A stretch of DNA of 64,000 nucleotides from Oligoflexales bacterium (lineage in GTDB: Bacteria; Bdellovibrionota_B; Oligoflexia; Oligoflexales; Bog-1112). This document shows positions 39,598 through 51,200 of this stretch, in pieces. The position numbers and the translations under genes are program-made. Positions within the stretch are counted from its first letter, which is position 1. Each line of letters opens with the position of its first letter. The stretch lies in the NCBI GenBank assembly GCA_045105515.1, contig JBGCDR010000177.1:43590-107589 (forward strand). Direction: 5' to 3'. The notes beneath the pieces were generated by a model. It made no database searches. It was not told the DNA's origin and saw nothing but the letters and a program-made list of their open reading frames with translations.

Positions 39598-40512
39598 ATG
39601 TCAAATGAAGACAAAACAGTTATAGCTGAAATTAGTCAAATAGACTTAAAACCTCATCGTCAAAAAAAATCTGTTGCCAGTTTAGTTCAGTACAGTGGAA
39701 GCGCACTTGGTAAGCGATACATGCTTGCAGGTGAAAAGCTAACCATTGGGCGCTCAGTAGACGCTGATATTACCATAGGTGAGGCAAGTGTTTCTCGGAT
39801 ACATGCCAGAATAATCCAACAGAACGAAAATATAATCATCGAAGATGCTGGAAGTGCTAATGGCACTTATATCAATGACCAAAAAGTTATTGGACGAATG
39901 TCTTTGAATGATCAAGATATGCTAAGGCTTGGTACTGTCCTACTTAAATTCTTTTCAAGCGATAATATTGATGGTTTTATTCAAGATAAGATTTACCGAA
40001 TGGCCACCATCGATGCCGGTACTCAGATTTATAACAAACAATACCTTTTAGACTCTCTTACAAGTGAGTTTCAGTCAAGTATAAGTTCTGGAAGAAAGAT
40101 GTCTATCATCTATTACGACCTGGATCATTTTAAAAGGGTTAATGATACTTACGGCCATAATGCTGGGGACCAAATTTTAAGAGAAAGCTCCCATTTAGTA
40201 AAAAAGCTGATACGCAAAGATGACATATTAGGGCGTTTTGGTGGCGAAGAATTTATCATCATTTTACCAAATACAGACTCAAAAACAGCTTATGAGCTTG
40301 GAGAACGCGTTCGATCCGCATGCGCGAACCATATCTATAAGCTTGAAGTGGTTTCGGGTGGAAAAAAGCAGCTTGTTCAGCATCAGCAAACCTTTTCGGT
40401 TGGAATCTCACAAATCAGCTCAAAAATGCGCACGCCTAAAGATCTATTGGAATCCGCTGATAAGAAATTATATGCTTCCAAGCAAAGTGGGCGAAACAAA
40501 GTGACTGTGTAG
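39598..40512 (+). CDS. FHA-GGDEF diguanylate cyclase (DgcB-like)
   Basis: FHA motifs IGR, SRIH, SANGT; DLDHFK.VND.YGH..GD, RKDD I-site, GGEEF (ORF track starts at 39574). Confidence 0.9.
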   Translation: MSNEDKTVIAEISQIDLKPHRQKKSVASLVQYSGSALGKRYMLAGEKLTIGRSVDADITIGEASVSRIHARIIQQNENIIIEDAGSANGTYINDQKVIGRMSLNDQDMLRLGTVLLKFFSSDNIDGFIQDKIYRMATIDAGTQIYNKQYLLDSLTSEFQSSISSGRKMSIIYYDLDHFKRVNDTYGHNAGDQILRESSHLVKKLIRKDDILGRFGGEEFIIILPNTDSKTAYELGERVRSACANHIYKLEVVSGGKKQLVQHQQTFSVGISQISSKMRTPKDLLESADKKLYASKQSGRNKVTV

Positions 40513-40662
40513 ACAAGTAATACTTATAATTTAAAGCGTCTTAGTTTATTTAGCCTGCCAACGACATATGAGTTTTCTAAGAAGGTCTAATATAATATCT
40601 ATAAAAAGTAGTCAACTTACGAAAGTAAGAAAACAACACTTAAGCTTTTTTTGGGTTGCCTT

Positions 40663-41256
40663 ATGATCGCTCGTAGTTTATTAATTTTATTGGTGTTTGT
40701 TAATTCTTGCTCACACTCCCCAACAACTAGCGGAAGCAATGTTGCGATTAAGCTTCATCCTTCTCTAAACGATGATTATGCTTACCTGGAAATTTTAGAG
40801 AAAGATACTCGCAGTACCGAGGTATATGATAACTTCGAGACGAAGTTTCATATTCATGCCACTTACCTTTCTCCGCAATTCCGGAGGGCGTTTGATAAAA
40901 GATTGTCATATTTGATGAAAGAGGCTCCTTTTAGTCTAGGCGAAGCTAGCAGCAATACGGGATTTTTTATTTCCGTTTTTGCGCCTGAAGACAAGCGGGT
41001 AAATCTAAACAATCAAAACCTTTGGACAATCTCAATGAAAAACAAAAACAAGAAGTACTTCCCAACAGTTGTAAGAGCATTGTCAGATAAGGAACGTTGG
41101 GAGGTATTTTTTTCCCATGTAAATAAATGGTCTAAAGAGTTTATTATCATGTTCGATGTTCCCTCAATTACTCCCCAATCTCCAGATTTAGTTGCCAAAG
41201 ATCAACTAAAACTACTGCTTTCAAATTCGGATGCTTCGGTAATGATGACCTGGTAA
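40663..41256 (+). CDS. hypothetical lipoprotein
   Basis: MIARSLLILLVFVNSC lipobox-like signal. Confidence 0.65.
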   Translation: MIARSLLILLVFVNSCSHSPTTSGSNVAIKLHPSLNDDYAYLEILEKDTRSTEVYDNFETKFHIHATYLSPQFRRAFDKRLSYLMKEAPFSLGEASSNTGFFISVFAPEDKRVNLNNQNLWTISMKNKNKKYFPTVVRALSDKERWEVFFSHVNKWSKEFIIMFDVPSITPQSPDLVAKDQLKLLLSNSDASVMMTW

Positions 41257-41470
41257 TAAGTCAAAAAGTAGATTCTTTCCGAATGTTCAGCATTGCCTCG
41301 AAGGCGATTTCTTATCTTAAATGCCTTTTCTAAAAGTGAGAATTCCAAACATTTATATTTCTGTCTTTTTCTTGTTCGTTTCTATTAGCTCCACTCTATT
41401 CTCAGGCTCTGTTAAAATATCTATGAAGGTTTTAGAGCATAAATACTTAATAGCTCTAAGGTGGATTGCT

Positions 41471-41902
41471 ATGAATAGAGAAATTTTATTTCAAATATGT
41501 GATGTTTGTGAAGAGATACTGAATGAAATAAGTAATCATCTAAGCTATTTAAACATTAGCGTGTACAAGAGTGAGTCTATCAGCAAGATTAATGAGCAGA
41601 TTGAACAGCTAAGAATGCTGATGGGAAGTATTACTATTGCTACGGCTATTGAACCGTTTCTTGATTTTGAAGCTGAAAAAATCAATAAGGTTCCAGTTCC
41701 CGGCGAATGTTCGTTTAGTATGCGGGTTCATAGGTTACTTATAAATATTAGGCTGGTCATAAAAAATATAAGAAAATCTTATGTAGAAAGCGAAGATTAT
41801 TCCTCAGTTGATGCTTTAGAAAAAGTTAAGAAGCATAAAGCTACTTTACAATCCAGTTGTCCAGTTGGTAGCAAGCGTTGGAAATTTTTACAAAGTATTT
41901 AG
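41471..41902 (+). CDS. hypothetical helical protein
   Basis: ATG 41471 with AGGTGG RBS; the upstream extension to 41321 is less likely. Confidence 0.55.
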   Translation: MNREILFQICDVCEEILNEISNHLSYLNISVYKSESISKINEQIEQLRMLMGSITIATAIEPFLDFEAEKINKVPVPGECSFSMRVHRLLINIRLVIKNIRKSYVESEDYSSVDALEKVKKHKATLQSSCPVGSKRWKFLQSI

Positions 41903-41924
41903 TAAATCTTAGGAACCAAATGAA

Positions 41925-44222
41925 TTGCGTCTATTCTACATACTGATCGCTGCCTTTTTAATATTATCTATTCTGCCGTTATTTGCTAAAGTAGGTCAAA
42001 ATCTAGAGTACGAGTACTCCTTGATCTTTAGCTGGCTTGTACTAATTATTATTCCTTTAGGTATACTTTTTCTTCCCAAGCGTTACCTTTACGATGCTCA
42101 CCATAAACTATTGATTCTAGATAAACCTGAATGGTATGCAGGACTATACATTATTATTTGTCTTGTTATTTCTTTACTCATAGGATGGTCCCAATTTTTA
42201 TTGGGTTCTTGCAGATGTACTCCTTCTGAATTTTGGTTGTGGTATGGCCTTAACAGTATACCTGCAGTTATTCTAAGTCTACTCTTGTGTTTAGTGCTTA
42301 TTAATTGGGGAGTGAAGTATTCTCGAAAAAAAATGATTGGTTTGCTTTCAGCATTTTATCTAATGTCATTCCTAGATTTATTTTTTTGGCTATGGTTCTT
42401 CCCCCAAAAACGTATCAGTCATTTTGTCTTTGGGTTCTTACATGGTCCTATCTATGATCGTTACATACCTGTTGATATGGGAATTATTTTTATTCGCTCA
42501 GCGCATTTGTTCTTAAGCCTTGGACTGTTCTTTGCAATTATTTCCGCTTATTATAGCAAAAAAAAGGTTTTATCTTTGATTCTATTGTCTTGTTATTTTT
42601 TGAGCGCTTGGTATTCATCTCAGTACTCAAGTGTCGGCCATGGAGCTAAGCGCTTAAAAATGGTTTTGCCTGAAACTTATGAAGAAGAAGGATTTTTAAT
42701 CCATTATGTAAAAGGAAAAAATGGCAAATACCTGAATGCAGCTCGGAATCTAGTTTTGGAAAGCAGGTTTCATTTATCAGAATTAAAAGAAAAGTTGAAG
42801 CTGTCAAAGTCATCTAAAGTCCACATTTATGCTTACCCATCGTCATTGACTAAAAAGCTTGCATTTGGTGGGGGGGGGACAGATGTGACTGATGTGTTTA
42901 CTCCTTCAATTCATATTAGCTTAACATCTCAACTATACCCTAGTTTGAGGCATGAGCTGGTTCATGCATTGGGCTCGGATTTTGGATTCTTTGGTCTGGG
43001 ATTTCATCCTAATATGGCTTTGACTGAAGGTTTGGCAGTTGCATTGGCACCTGAGTTGCGATCTCTTGATATTCACGAAGGGGCATATGAGATTCTTAAG
43101 AGAAATTCCTTTGTTTCCATAGAAATACTTTTTTCACCTTTTTTCTGGATGGTTGCTGGTCCGCGTTCTTATACTATTTCGGGTTCTTTGGTGTCCTACC
43201 TGCTTGCACAGTTTGGAGCAGAAGGTCTTAAAAGTCTTTACTCTGGCCAAAGTTTTGAACAGGCTTTCCAGATGGACAGCAAGAAGGTATTTAAAAACTG
43301 GTTTTTATATATAAAAAAAATATCGGAAAACAAGGAAAATTCCATTCTAGCTGAATCAATTTTTCGTTCACCAGGTGCATTGTACGAAAAGTGCACTCAT
43401 AGCAAACCTGTTCTCAGAAAAAAAGCTAAGGATGGGAGTTTTCTAAAGTTTAGGCAGCCCGCAGATTGGAAGGTGAAAAGGGATTATGATCCTTGGTTTT
43501 TAAGTTTAGACCCTGACTCTAAAGAGGCACGAACGAGAATGTTATTTCGTGAGGCGCAGAGTTTTTCAAAGGTAATTTTCGGTGATTCTGATCGAAATGT
43601 TTCCCAAGAGCTAAAGGGATTAGATAAAAAAATTTTTACAGAAATTGATCGACCTTTTAGGTACTTAGAAGACTCAGAGTTACAACTTCTTCAAAGTGAC
43701 CTTTGGTTTCATTTAAATCGAAAAAATTCAATAAGAATCTTAAGTGAGCTTGCAGATGAGCTTGAAAATAAAAATTTTGGTGAGGTCATATCTAGGAAGG
43801 TATTCGCACGGGTCATATTAGAACAAGGGTTAAATTTGGAAAATATAAGAATATGGAGGAGGTACCTAGCCGGTTGGGGTAGATTACCAAAAAGAGCACA
43901 ACATTACCATACTGCTCTTTCCGAGCCATGGCTTCTTCAGTATTTGAGATTGAGGAATCAAGGTGATGAAGATTGGAAAGCTTTGAATGTCAATCAGAGG
44001 GCTTTTGAATCAGAGGTGCCTCATGAATTTCCGAATACATTCAAAGAGCAATGGTTCGCCTATCTAGCAAAGAACTTTTTAAAGCATAAAGACTATAAAA
44101 GGGCAGCAAAAGCGTGGAAAAAATGTTCTGAGTATTCAAAAAGTGGAAAAATACATCGCTACCTGGAGCTTTCACGTATGGCTGAATTCTTTAGGAAACA
44201 TGAAAAGAATATTGTCCTATGA
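41925..44222 (+). CDS. multi-TM membrane protein with gluzincin (HExxH) metallopeptidase domain
   Basis: About 7 N-terminal TM helices; HELVH followed by TEGLA; C-terminal TPR-like helices. Confidence 0.65.
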   Translation: MRLFYILIAAFLILSILPLFAKVGQNLEYEYSLIFSWLVLIIIPLGILFLPKRYLYDAHHKLLILDKPEWYAGLYIIICLVISLLIGWSQFLLGSCRCTPSEFWLWYGLNSIPAVILSLLLCLVLINWGVKYSRKKMIGLLSAFYLMSFLDLFFWLWFFPQKRISHFVFGFLHGPIYDRYIPVDMGIIFIRSAHLFLSLGLFFAIISAYYSKKKVLSLILLSCYFLSAWYSSQYSSVGHGAKRLKMVLPETYEEEGFLIHYVKGKNGKYLNAARNLVLESRFHLSELKEKLKLSKSSKVHIYAYPSSLTKKLAFGGGGTDVTDVFTPSIHISLTSQLYPSLRHELVHALGSDFGFFGLGFHPNMALTEGLAVALAPELRSLDIHEGAYEILKRNSFVSIEILFSPFFWMVAGPRSYTISGSLVSYLLAQFGAEGLKSLYSGQSFEQAFQMDSKKVFKNWFLYIKKISENKENSILAESIFRSPGALYEKCTHSKPVLRKKAKDGSFLKFRQPADWKVKRDYDPWFLSLDPDSKEARTRMLFREAQSFSKVIFGDSDRNVSQELKGLDKKIFTEIDRPFRYLEDSELQLLQSDLWFHLNRKNSIRILSELADELENKNFGEVISRKVFARVILEQGLNLENIRIWRRYLAGWGRLPKRAQHYHTALSEPWLLQYLRLRNQGDEDWKALNVNQRAFESEVPHEFPNTFKEQWFAYLAKNFLKHKDYKRAAKAWKKCSEYSKSGKIHRYLELSRMAEFFRKHEKNIVL

Positions 44223-44256
44223 AGCTCTTTCTTATTAATTGTATATGAAAATTCGA

Positions 44257-45321
44257 TTAGTCTTTGTTTTCGATAATATAGTTGGACAAGTATGCTTCTT
44301 CGGAATTCGTTAATTTTGCACGTCCAAACCATAGTTTGCCGAGATCTTGTGCGGTAAGAGTCCCATGATTTAAACCAAATTTTAGACCATCAATATCAAG
44401 ATATAGTGGGAAAGAAGTGTCAGAATTTTCAAATATTATGCCCGAGTCCAAGTTTAATTTGGACTCATAACGATGTTCGCCAATATAAAACTCTCCTTCA
44501 TCAAGATTAAAATCAAACTTAAATTTTGAAATAGGAGGCAATTTAAGATTATTTTTGTCTAAACGTCGAATGTATTTGATTTCGAATTTATGGTCCAAAT
44601 TAGCATAGTAGATCGCAGCATCAAACCAGGTACTATTCAAGATTGCTTGCTTTTTACCATCTTCTTGTTCGCTTAAAACCAGTTTTACTTTTTGCTTGGG
44701 TAAGTTAGATTTTTCACGGTGCCAGCCTATAAAATGTAATTTTTCTGCAGCTTTCTTTAAAATGATGCGTATATTTTCTGTCCGAAGAGCAAATTTTTTA
44801 ATATCTATTTGCTTCTCGCTTAAGAAAAAATCTTTTATTTGTAGTTTGTGAAGTTTATAAATTTTCCTGGATTTAAAGGTTAAGTTACTTAAATTCATTT
44901 TTTCAATGCGGATATCAGGTAGCGCTTCAAGTTCCTGATTTTGATCTTTATCTTTATCAAAACCCTCGGCTTCAGGAGATTTTCTTTCTATTTTCGGTGA
45001 CCGCCGATTTTTTCTAGAAGAAGATGGTAAATTAAAAACTCCATCCTCTGCAAGTATTTTACTGAAAGAAATGATGTTTGATTCTTCGTCGTAATCAAAC
45101 GATATATCTAAATGTTTTAGAGTAAGCCAGTTAGAGCTGGCTTCTTCCACCATGATTCCACTACTAAGTGAACCTTCTAGCTTGGAGTAAGAAATATCCA
45201 TTGCAGATGCAATTAAGGAGAATGGCAATGAGGTATAAAGAAAAATATAATATATACTTATGGGTATTACAAAAAAAATGAAAAAAACTATACAAACTAA
45301 TATGATCAAGAAAATCTGCAT
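44257..45321 (-). CDS. hypothetical membrane-anchored protein (AsmA/TamB N-terminus-like)
   Basis: N-terminal TM, 'LEGSLSSGI' and beta-rich 'IRIEKMNLSNLTF' segments. Confidence 0.5.
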   Translation of the reverse strand: MQIFLIILVCIVFFIFFVIPISIYYIFLYTSLPFSLIASAMDISYSKLEGSLSSGIMVEEASSNWLTLKHLDISFDYDEESNIISFSKILAEDGVFNLPSSSRKNRRSPKIERKSPEAEGFDKDKDQNQELEALPDIRIEKMNLSNLTFKSRKIYKLHKLQIKDFFLSEKQIDIKKFALRTENIRIILKKAAEKLHFIGWHREKSNLPKQKVKLVLSEQEDGKKQAILNSTWFDAAIYYANLDHKFEIKYIRRLDKNNLKLPPISKFKFDFNLDEGEFYIGEHRYESKLNLDSGIIFENSDTSFPLYLDIDGLKFGLNHGTLTAQDLGKLWFGRAKLTNSEEAYLSNYIIENKD

Positions 45322-45524
45322 GAATTAATCTCATTTGATTTTTTTTATACATTGAGATATCGGTCGAAACTCTCATTTAGATAACTTTATAGTTTTTCCA
45401 GAATCACAATTTATTAACAAGTAAGCTAACACCATGTATGATTACTTATTAGTGAATAAGTTGACTGGATTTATTTTAGTTCTCGAGATTATTTTTTAAC
45501 CCACCGTAAAGTAAAGCGGATTTT

Positions 45525-45851
45525 ATGAACAAAGATCATGAAGATTTATACCGGGTTCGGTTTCAAAGCAAAGACGACAAGCAACCCTTAGAAGTAGTAG
45601 TTAAATCAGTGGGTTCTAGTGAGTTTTTAGGATTATTATCTTTGGAGGGATTTGTATTCAGCGACCAGACTAAACAGGTCATACTCCCTACTGAAGATGA
45701 AGCTCGCAAGAGGTTTAGCAAAATAAACCGCCTTCATATTCCTTATCACAATATTTTGTTTATAGAAGAATTTCACCAAGAGGAACCTGATTTAAAGAAC
45801 TTACCTTTTATAAAGGAAGTGGAAAATAAGGTGCAGGAGGACCTGAGCTAG
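45525..45851 (+). CDS. DUF1820-like small protein
   Basis: 'YRVRF...S.FLG...VILPTEDE.RKRF..I.RLHIP...ILFIEE' pattern. Confidence 0.6.
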   Translation: MNKDHEDLYRVRFQSKDDKQPLEVVVKSVGSSEFLGLLSLEGFVFSDQTKQVILPTEDEARKRFSKINRLHIPYHNILFIEEFHQEEPDLKNLPFIKEVENKVQEDLS

Positions 45852-45855
45852 ACTC

Positions 45856-46737
45856 TTAGACGATCAATGAAAGGTCTGAAGCCCTAAGGAATGTAAGAGT
45901 GTCACCAAAGGTCAACTTGAGTTGACCATGCTGGCCATCAAGCGCCAGGGTGGCATGCTCGCAGAAATTTTCGATTTTTACACTTTCATCCATGGCTGAA
46001 AAAAAACCTTTTTGAAGTTTAAAAGGTTCTGATCCAGGGGGAGTGTAAGGCTCGCGTACTACATACTGAAACTCATCAGAATTTCGGTCCACCTGGGCAC
46101 CACCAGCAGTTCTGATCGCGGCGGTGCTTCCGGCTGCAGTTGCGAGCCAAATCCCACTAGATTTTTGTCTTTCTTTATCTTTTCCAATTTGAAAGATGTA
46201 GCGAGTTGTCGCTGCAGGATTTCGGTTAGAAAATAGGAAATCGTTTAGAATTGGGTCGCTTAATATCTCTCGTCCAGTTTCTGCATACTGAATTTTTGCT
46301 TGAAGTCTGCACAGTTTGCTTATCTTAAGCTTACCTGTTGCTAATTGTTTAATATATCGCTCTAGTCCATTGATATCGCAGGTACATAAATACCCAACGC
46401 TCATCGAAGAAGACCTAATCCCAAGAACCGGGATGTCTTTATTGTGCACATGATGGCTTGCTTCCAAAACAGTCCCATCACCTCCGACGGAGATCACAGC
46501 ATCAACCTTACTGAGCTCAGGCCAATATCGTCCGCGATGAACTTCTACATAGGAGATTTGATAGTGATCAAGTAAGTCTAAGAGTGCCTTGCGGCATTTG
46601 TGATGTTTTTCATGATCAAGAACTAAACGTTCAAGATGGTCTTCGGACAAAAAGCCATGGGCAATTTTACGTTTGATGCTTTCCCCATGAACATCGAGGT
46701 TCGTTGTCTTACAGGAAATGAGAACATGCACGATCAC
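45856..46737 (-). CDS. nadK: NAD(+) kinase
   Basis: GGDGT, LND, SSG..ATAAGSTA...AGG, DG. Confidence 0.85.
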   Translation of the reverse strand: MIVHVLISCKTTNLDVHGESIKRKIAHGFLSEDHLERLVLDHEKHHKCRKALLDLLDHYQISYVEVHRGRYWPELSKVDAVISVGGDGTVLEASHHVHNKDIPVLGIRSSSMSVGYLCTCDINGLERYIKQLATGKLKISKLCRLQAKIQYAETGREILSDPILNDFLFSNRNPAATTRYIFQIGKDKERQKSSGIWLATAAGSTAAIRTAGGAQVDRNSDEFQYVVREPYTPPGSEPFKLQKGFFSAMDESVKIENFCEHATLALDGQHGQLKLTFGDTLTFLRASDLSLIV

Positions 46738-46803
46738 GCTCCTCTATTCGGGAAAAGCACCCTTTAACGTTAAGCTAGAATCTCCCATGGCTTCAAATTG
46801 GGC

Positions 46804-48375
46804 TTACTGTTCATGTGTTGCTGCCTGTTGGAGGTCTATAGCTAAGTATTCGTCAGATTTTTTGATATCTTGAGTCTTTTCAAAGTCTTTAACAGCACCA
46901 CTCTCGAAGCTATTATAGAAGCCATAGCCTAAGGAAAATGCAGCTGAAGCAGTTAACTGTTTGCGACGGCTTTCATCTAGCTTTGATACATCCGCTTCCG
47001 CAATATTTGCCAGTCGGAGGATATAGTAGGCATTACCTGATTTTACGGCCTTTGGGTGAAGCTTTTGCTCAGGCGTGAGAGTTAAGATTGCATCCTTTAT
47101 TTCAGCTTGGGAACCGATTCCCGGAATATAACGAGAAGTCAAAGCTAGGTTTCCTGTTTTCTTCCATTCTAATTTATATTCTTTGAGCAAATTTTTTATT
47201 TCTTTACTTTTCTTTAGTTGGTCCAAGACTTCTTGTGCCCGCAGTTCTACCATTTTAGGCCCCTTATCCTGCAGAATCAGGGTTTTGGCTATGGAAGGAG
47301 TAGCTTCTTCGAGGCTAGTTTTTTTGGCAGCCTGCTTTTGTTCTACTTTAATAACATGGAAACCAAAAGGGGTTTCAACCACTTCGCCTATCTGTTCAGC
47401 TTCTAGATTGAATGCTACTTCACTAAATTCCTTGACCATTGCGTTCTTGGTAAAAAAGCCTAAGTCTCCACCTGTTTTCTTTCCATTTGGCTCATCTGTT
47501 TCAGTTTTAGCAAGCTGAGCAAAATCTGTACCAGTTTTGGCCTTAGCTAATATTTCTTCGGCTTTCTTTTTGGCCTCTTCTTTACTTCGCTTTGCGGCCG
47601 CTGCAGTAGCATTTCTAGCCCCTTTGAAGCTGATTAGAATGTGCCTTGCTTTTATTTTTTCTTCAATTTGAAATTCGCTTTGGTGGGATTCAAACCAAGC
47701 TTTGATTTTAGCGTCACTTCCCTCAGCTTTCACGAAGCTGTCTAGTTCTTTGTCGTCTAGTTCAATATTTAACTTTTCAGGTTCAATTTTTAGATACTCG
47801 ACATCGACTTTGGTCTCTGAAATCTTGTAGTCCATTTCGACCGCTTTACTGGAAACAAAAGTCGTTCCAGTAATGTTTTGTCTTAACTTTTCGAGTGTTA
47901 GAGTTCGACGTAGCTCTTCTTGAAAACTTGATTCTGAGTAGCGATTACCCCTCAGAAACCGGACGAAGAATTCTTGAGAAAATTTTCCATCTTTGTCAGT
48001 AAAAGCATCGATGTTGCCAAGGTAGTTGATCACTTCTCCATCAGTAGCTTTCAAGCCAAGGTCGACTGCCTTTAAATAGAGCGCTCTGCCTGAGATCAGT
48101 TGATCTAAAACAGTGCTTGCAACCTTGAGTGCTCCAGCGTTGAAGTCATCTCCATACTGTCGCCTCATTTGTTCCGATTGCCGTTCATAAGCGCGCACAA
48201 ACTCTTGTTGGGTTATTTCTTCATCGCCGACAGAGCCGGCAATCCCAGGTAAGCCACTATTCGGCCCCTGTGGATTACACATCCCAAAAAATGTCATGGC
48301 CCCTAAGGCTAATGCTAAGATTACATAGGTTGACTTACTTACGGATTTTCCAGTCGATCCACTTTGTTGACTCAT
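46804..48375 (-). CDS. PpiD/SurA-like chaperone with parvulin PPIase domain
   Basis: SurA_N-like region; KARHILI, GGDLGFF, VETPFGFHVIKV. Confidence 0.88.
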   Translation of the reverse strand: MSQQSGSTGKSVSKSTYVILALALGAMTFFGMCNPQGPNSGLPGIAGSVGDEEITQQEFVRAYERQSEQMRRQYGDDFNAGALKVASTVLDQLISGRALYLKAVDLGLKATDGEVINYLGNIDAFTDKDGKFSQEFFVRFLRGNRYSESSFQEELRRTLTLEKLRQNITGTTFVSSKAVEMDYKISETKVDVEYLKIEPEKLNIELDDKELDSFVKAEGSDAKIKAWFESHQSEFQIEEKIKARHILISFKGARNATAAAAKRSKEEAKKKAEEILAKAKTGTDFAQLAKTETDEPNGKKTGGDLGFFTKNAMVKEFSEVAFNLEAEQIGEVVETPFGFHVIKVEQKQAAKKTSLEEATPSIAKTLILQDKGPKMVELRAQEVLDQLKKSKEIKNLLKEYKLEWKKTGNLALTSRYIPGIGSQAEIKDAILTLTPEQKLHPKAVKSGNAYYILRLANIAEADVSKLDESRRKQLTASAAFSLGYGFYNSFESGAVKDFEKTQDIKKSDEYLAIDLQQAATHEQ

Positions 48376-48582
48376 TAATAACCTCGGTTATCCTCTTGTT
48401 CAAAATCTGTTCCAGGCAAACAAAAATACCACCTCTTACAAGTAGCACAAATTTTTCGTTCGTGTTAATTGAGTTTAAAGCATTATAATGTAGGGATGAA
48501 TGTAACGGTTCCTGCTAATCTCCATCAGGAGGCACACCGTAAATCTAAATTACCCTCAGATAACGGCATTTTATAGGAGTAA

Positions 48583-49620
<1,038 letters not shown>

Positions 49621-49768
49621 AAGTGAGCAAACGCTCCTGCCTTTTTTTGCCAGCTTATTTGTATCCTATTATAAGCCGGTAGTTAGCCTAGTTAAGAAGA
49701 CTTGAATTTGCTTGCTTGCCCGGTACTATAGACTAGGTCAATTGTACGCCTTTTTCAGTGGTAATGCT

Positions 49769-50656
49769 TTGTTAGGATTTAAGAAAAAACACCTGTGGGC
49801 TTTTATTGTTTTTAGTGCTTTGATATCGCCTTTCATTTTTTTTTCCTCTTCTATGCGACCCTGGGACCAAGGCAGCCGTCTCTCCCATCTAGTACAAGAG
49901 CTTATATTTCCCATCGAGTATGGTTGGTTTCAGGTTCAGAGTTTTGTTAAATACTCTTGGAATACTTATTTTGACTTGAGTGATGCTGCCAAAGAAAATG
50001 CTCAACTTAAGCAAAAGCTAGGAGTCCTTGAAACTAGGATTATGGATTATGAGCACCAGGTGCAAGAGGTTAAACGGCTTAGGAAGCTTATTGGCTTTTC
50101 TCAACTGTACTCACGAGGCATGATGGTTGCTGAGGTGGTTGGAACATCCACCGATACCCCTTTTCAAGGAATGCGGATTGCGAAAGGGAGCATGGACCGC
50201 GTCAAGGTTGGTATGCCGATCGTTGCAGCTCAAGGCATTGTTGGTAGAGTCTTACGAGCCGGCTTTAAGTTTTCAGATGTACAGCTTCTCGTGGATACTA
50301 ATTTTAACCTTGATGTAATCGTAGAGAGGACCAGGATTCGAGGGGTGCTGCATGGTATGGCCGATAATCGTTGTCGGCTTAAGCTGCACCGACGTGCTGA
50401 TATCCGGATTGGTGATACTATTGTTACATCTGGGATTACTGGCAGCTTTCCTAAGGGCCTCCCCATCGGAAGGGTGATGCGCATCAGTTATGAGGCTGAT
50501 AATGTTTCACAGGTGATCACGATTCAACCTTGGGTGGACTATCATGGACTAGAAGAAGTTGTGGTACTAAATCATACAGATGAAGAAGTAGAAACAATCA
50601 AAGAAACAGCTGGAAGTGATTGGATTCGATACCCCCCTATGAAGGATGAAGGCTAA
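49769..50656 (+). CDS. mreC: rod shape-determining protein MreC
   Basis: TM plus coiled coil (EN.QLK), GIVGRV, TSG..G.FPKGLPIG; position after mreB; start uncertain (49712-49769). Confidence 0.92.
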   Translation: MLGFKKKHLWAFIVFSALISPFIFFSSSMRPWDQGSRLSHLVQELIFPIEYGWFQVQSFVKYSWNTYFDLSDAAKENAQLKQKLGVLETRIMDYEHQVQEVKRLRKLIGFSQLYSRGMMVAEVVGTSTDTPFQGMRIAKGSMDRVKVGMPIVAAQGIVGRVLRAGFKFSDVQLLVDTNFNLDVIVERTRIRGVLHGMADNRCRLKLHRRADIRIGDTIVTSGITGSFPKGLPIGRVMRISYEADNVSQVITIQPWVDYHGLEEVVVLNHTDEEVETIKETAGSDWIRYPPMKDEG

Positions 50657-51200
50657 GTTGTCCCTTTTTTTAAAAAAGTTGTTTTTAGGTTTGGTGCCTA
50701 GGCCTGCATCTGGAAGCTTTGGTCTAGATGTTTTTTACATTGTTTTAGTTATTAGTCTTCAGGTTTCTATCCTTCCCTCTTTACTTTCTTATTCGCGAAT
50801 TGACCTGCTCACTCCCTGGCTAGTTTTCTCATTTATTGGTCTTGGTACCGGACAAGCAATGGTCTTAGCTTTATTGGCAGCTATTGCTCTGGAAAACCAT
50901 GGGACTTTTCCTGCTGGTTTGTATTTCTGCTCATACTGGATCATGGGGACTCTTATGAGCCTTTTGAAAAATCATATTTCTTGGCGCAACACCCTTCCTT
51001 GGATTGCGACCTTTGGTATTTCCCAGCTATGGATTGTTCTCTTCGAAACATTTGTCTTTCTGGTTAAGACGAGTAACTTGCTTTTCCTTGATCTTAAGTA
51101 TGGTATTGGTGTTTTTGTTCGCATGTTCACCGCCCTTTTAATTGGGGTTTTCGCTGCAAGGTTTGTACCATTCAAAGTAGCTGAGGAAAAACCAACTTGA
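50646..51200 (+). CDS. mreD: MreD-like integral membrane protein
   Basis: About 5 TM helices, located between mreC and mrdA and overlapping both. Confidence 0.65.
   Translation: MKAKLSLFLKKLFLGLVPRPASGSFGLDVFYIVLVISLQVSILPSLLSYSRIDLLTPWLVFSFIGLGTGQAMVLALLAAIALENHGTFPAGLYFCSYWIMGTLMSLLKNHISWRNTLPWIATFGISQLWIVLFETFVFLVKTSNLLFLDLKYGIGVFVRMFTALLIGVFAARFVPFKVAEEKPT

Noticed and set aside
45350..45400. ACCGATAT on the minus strand as a sigma28 promoter for the 44257-45321 gene
   Set aside because: TAAA boxes lie at spacings of 11 and 21 nt, not about 15
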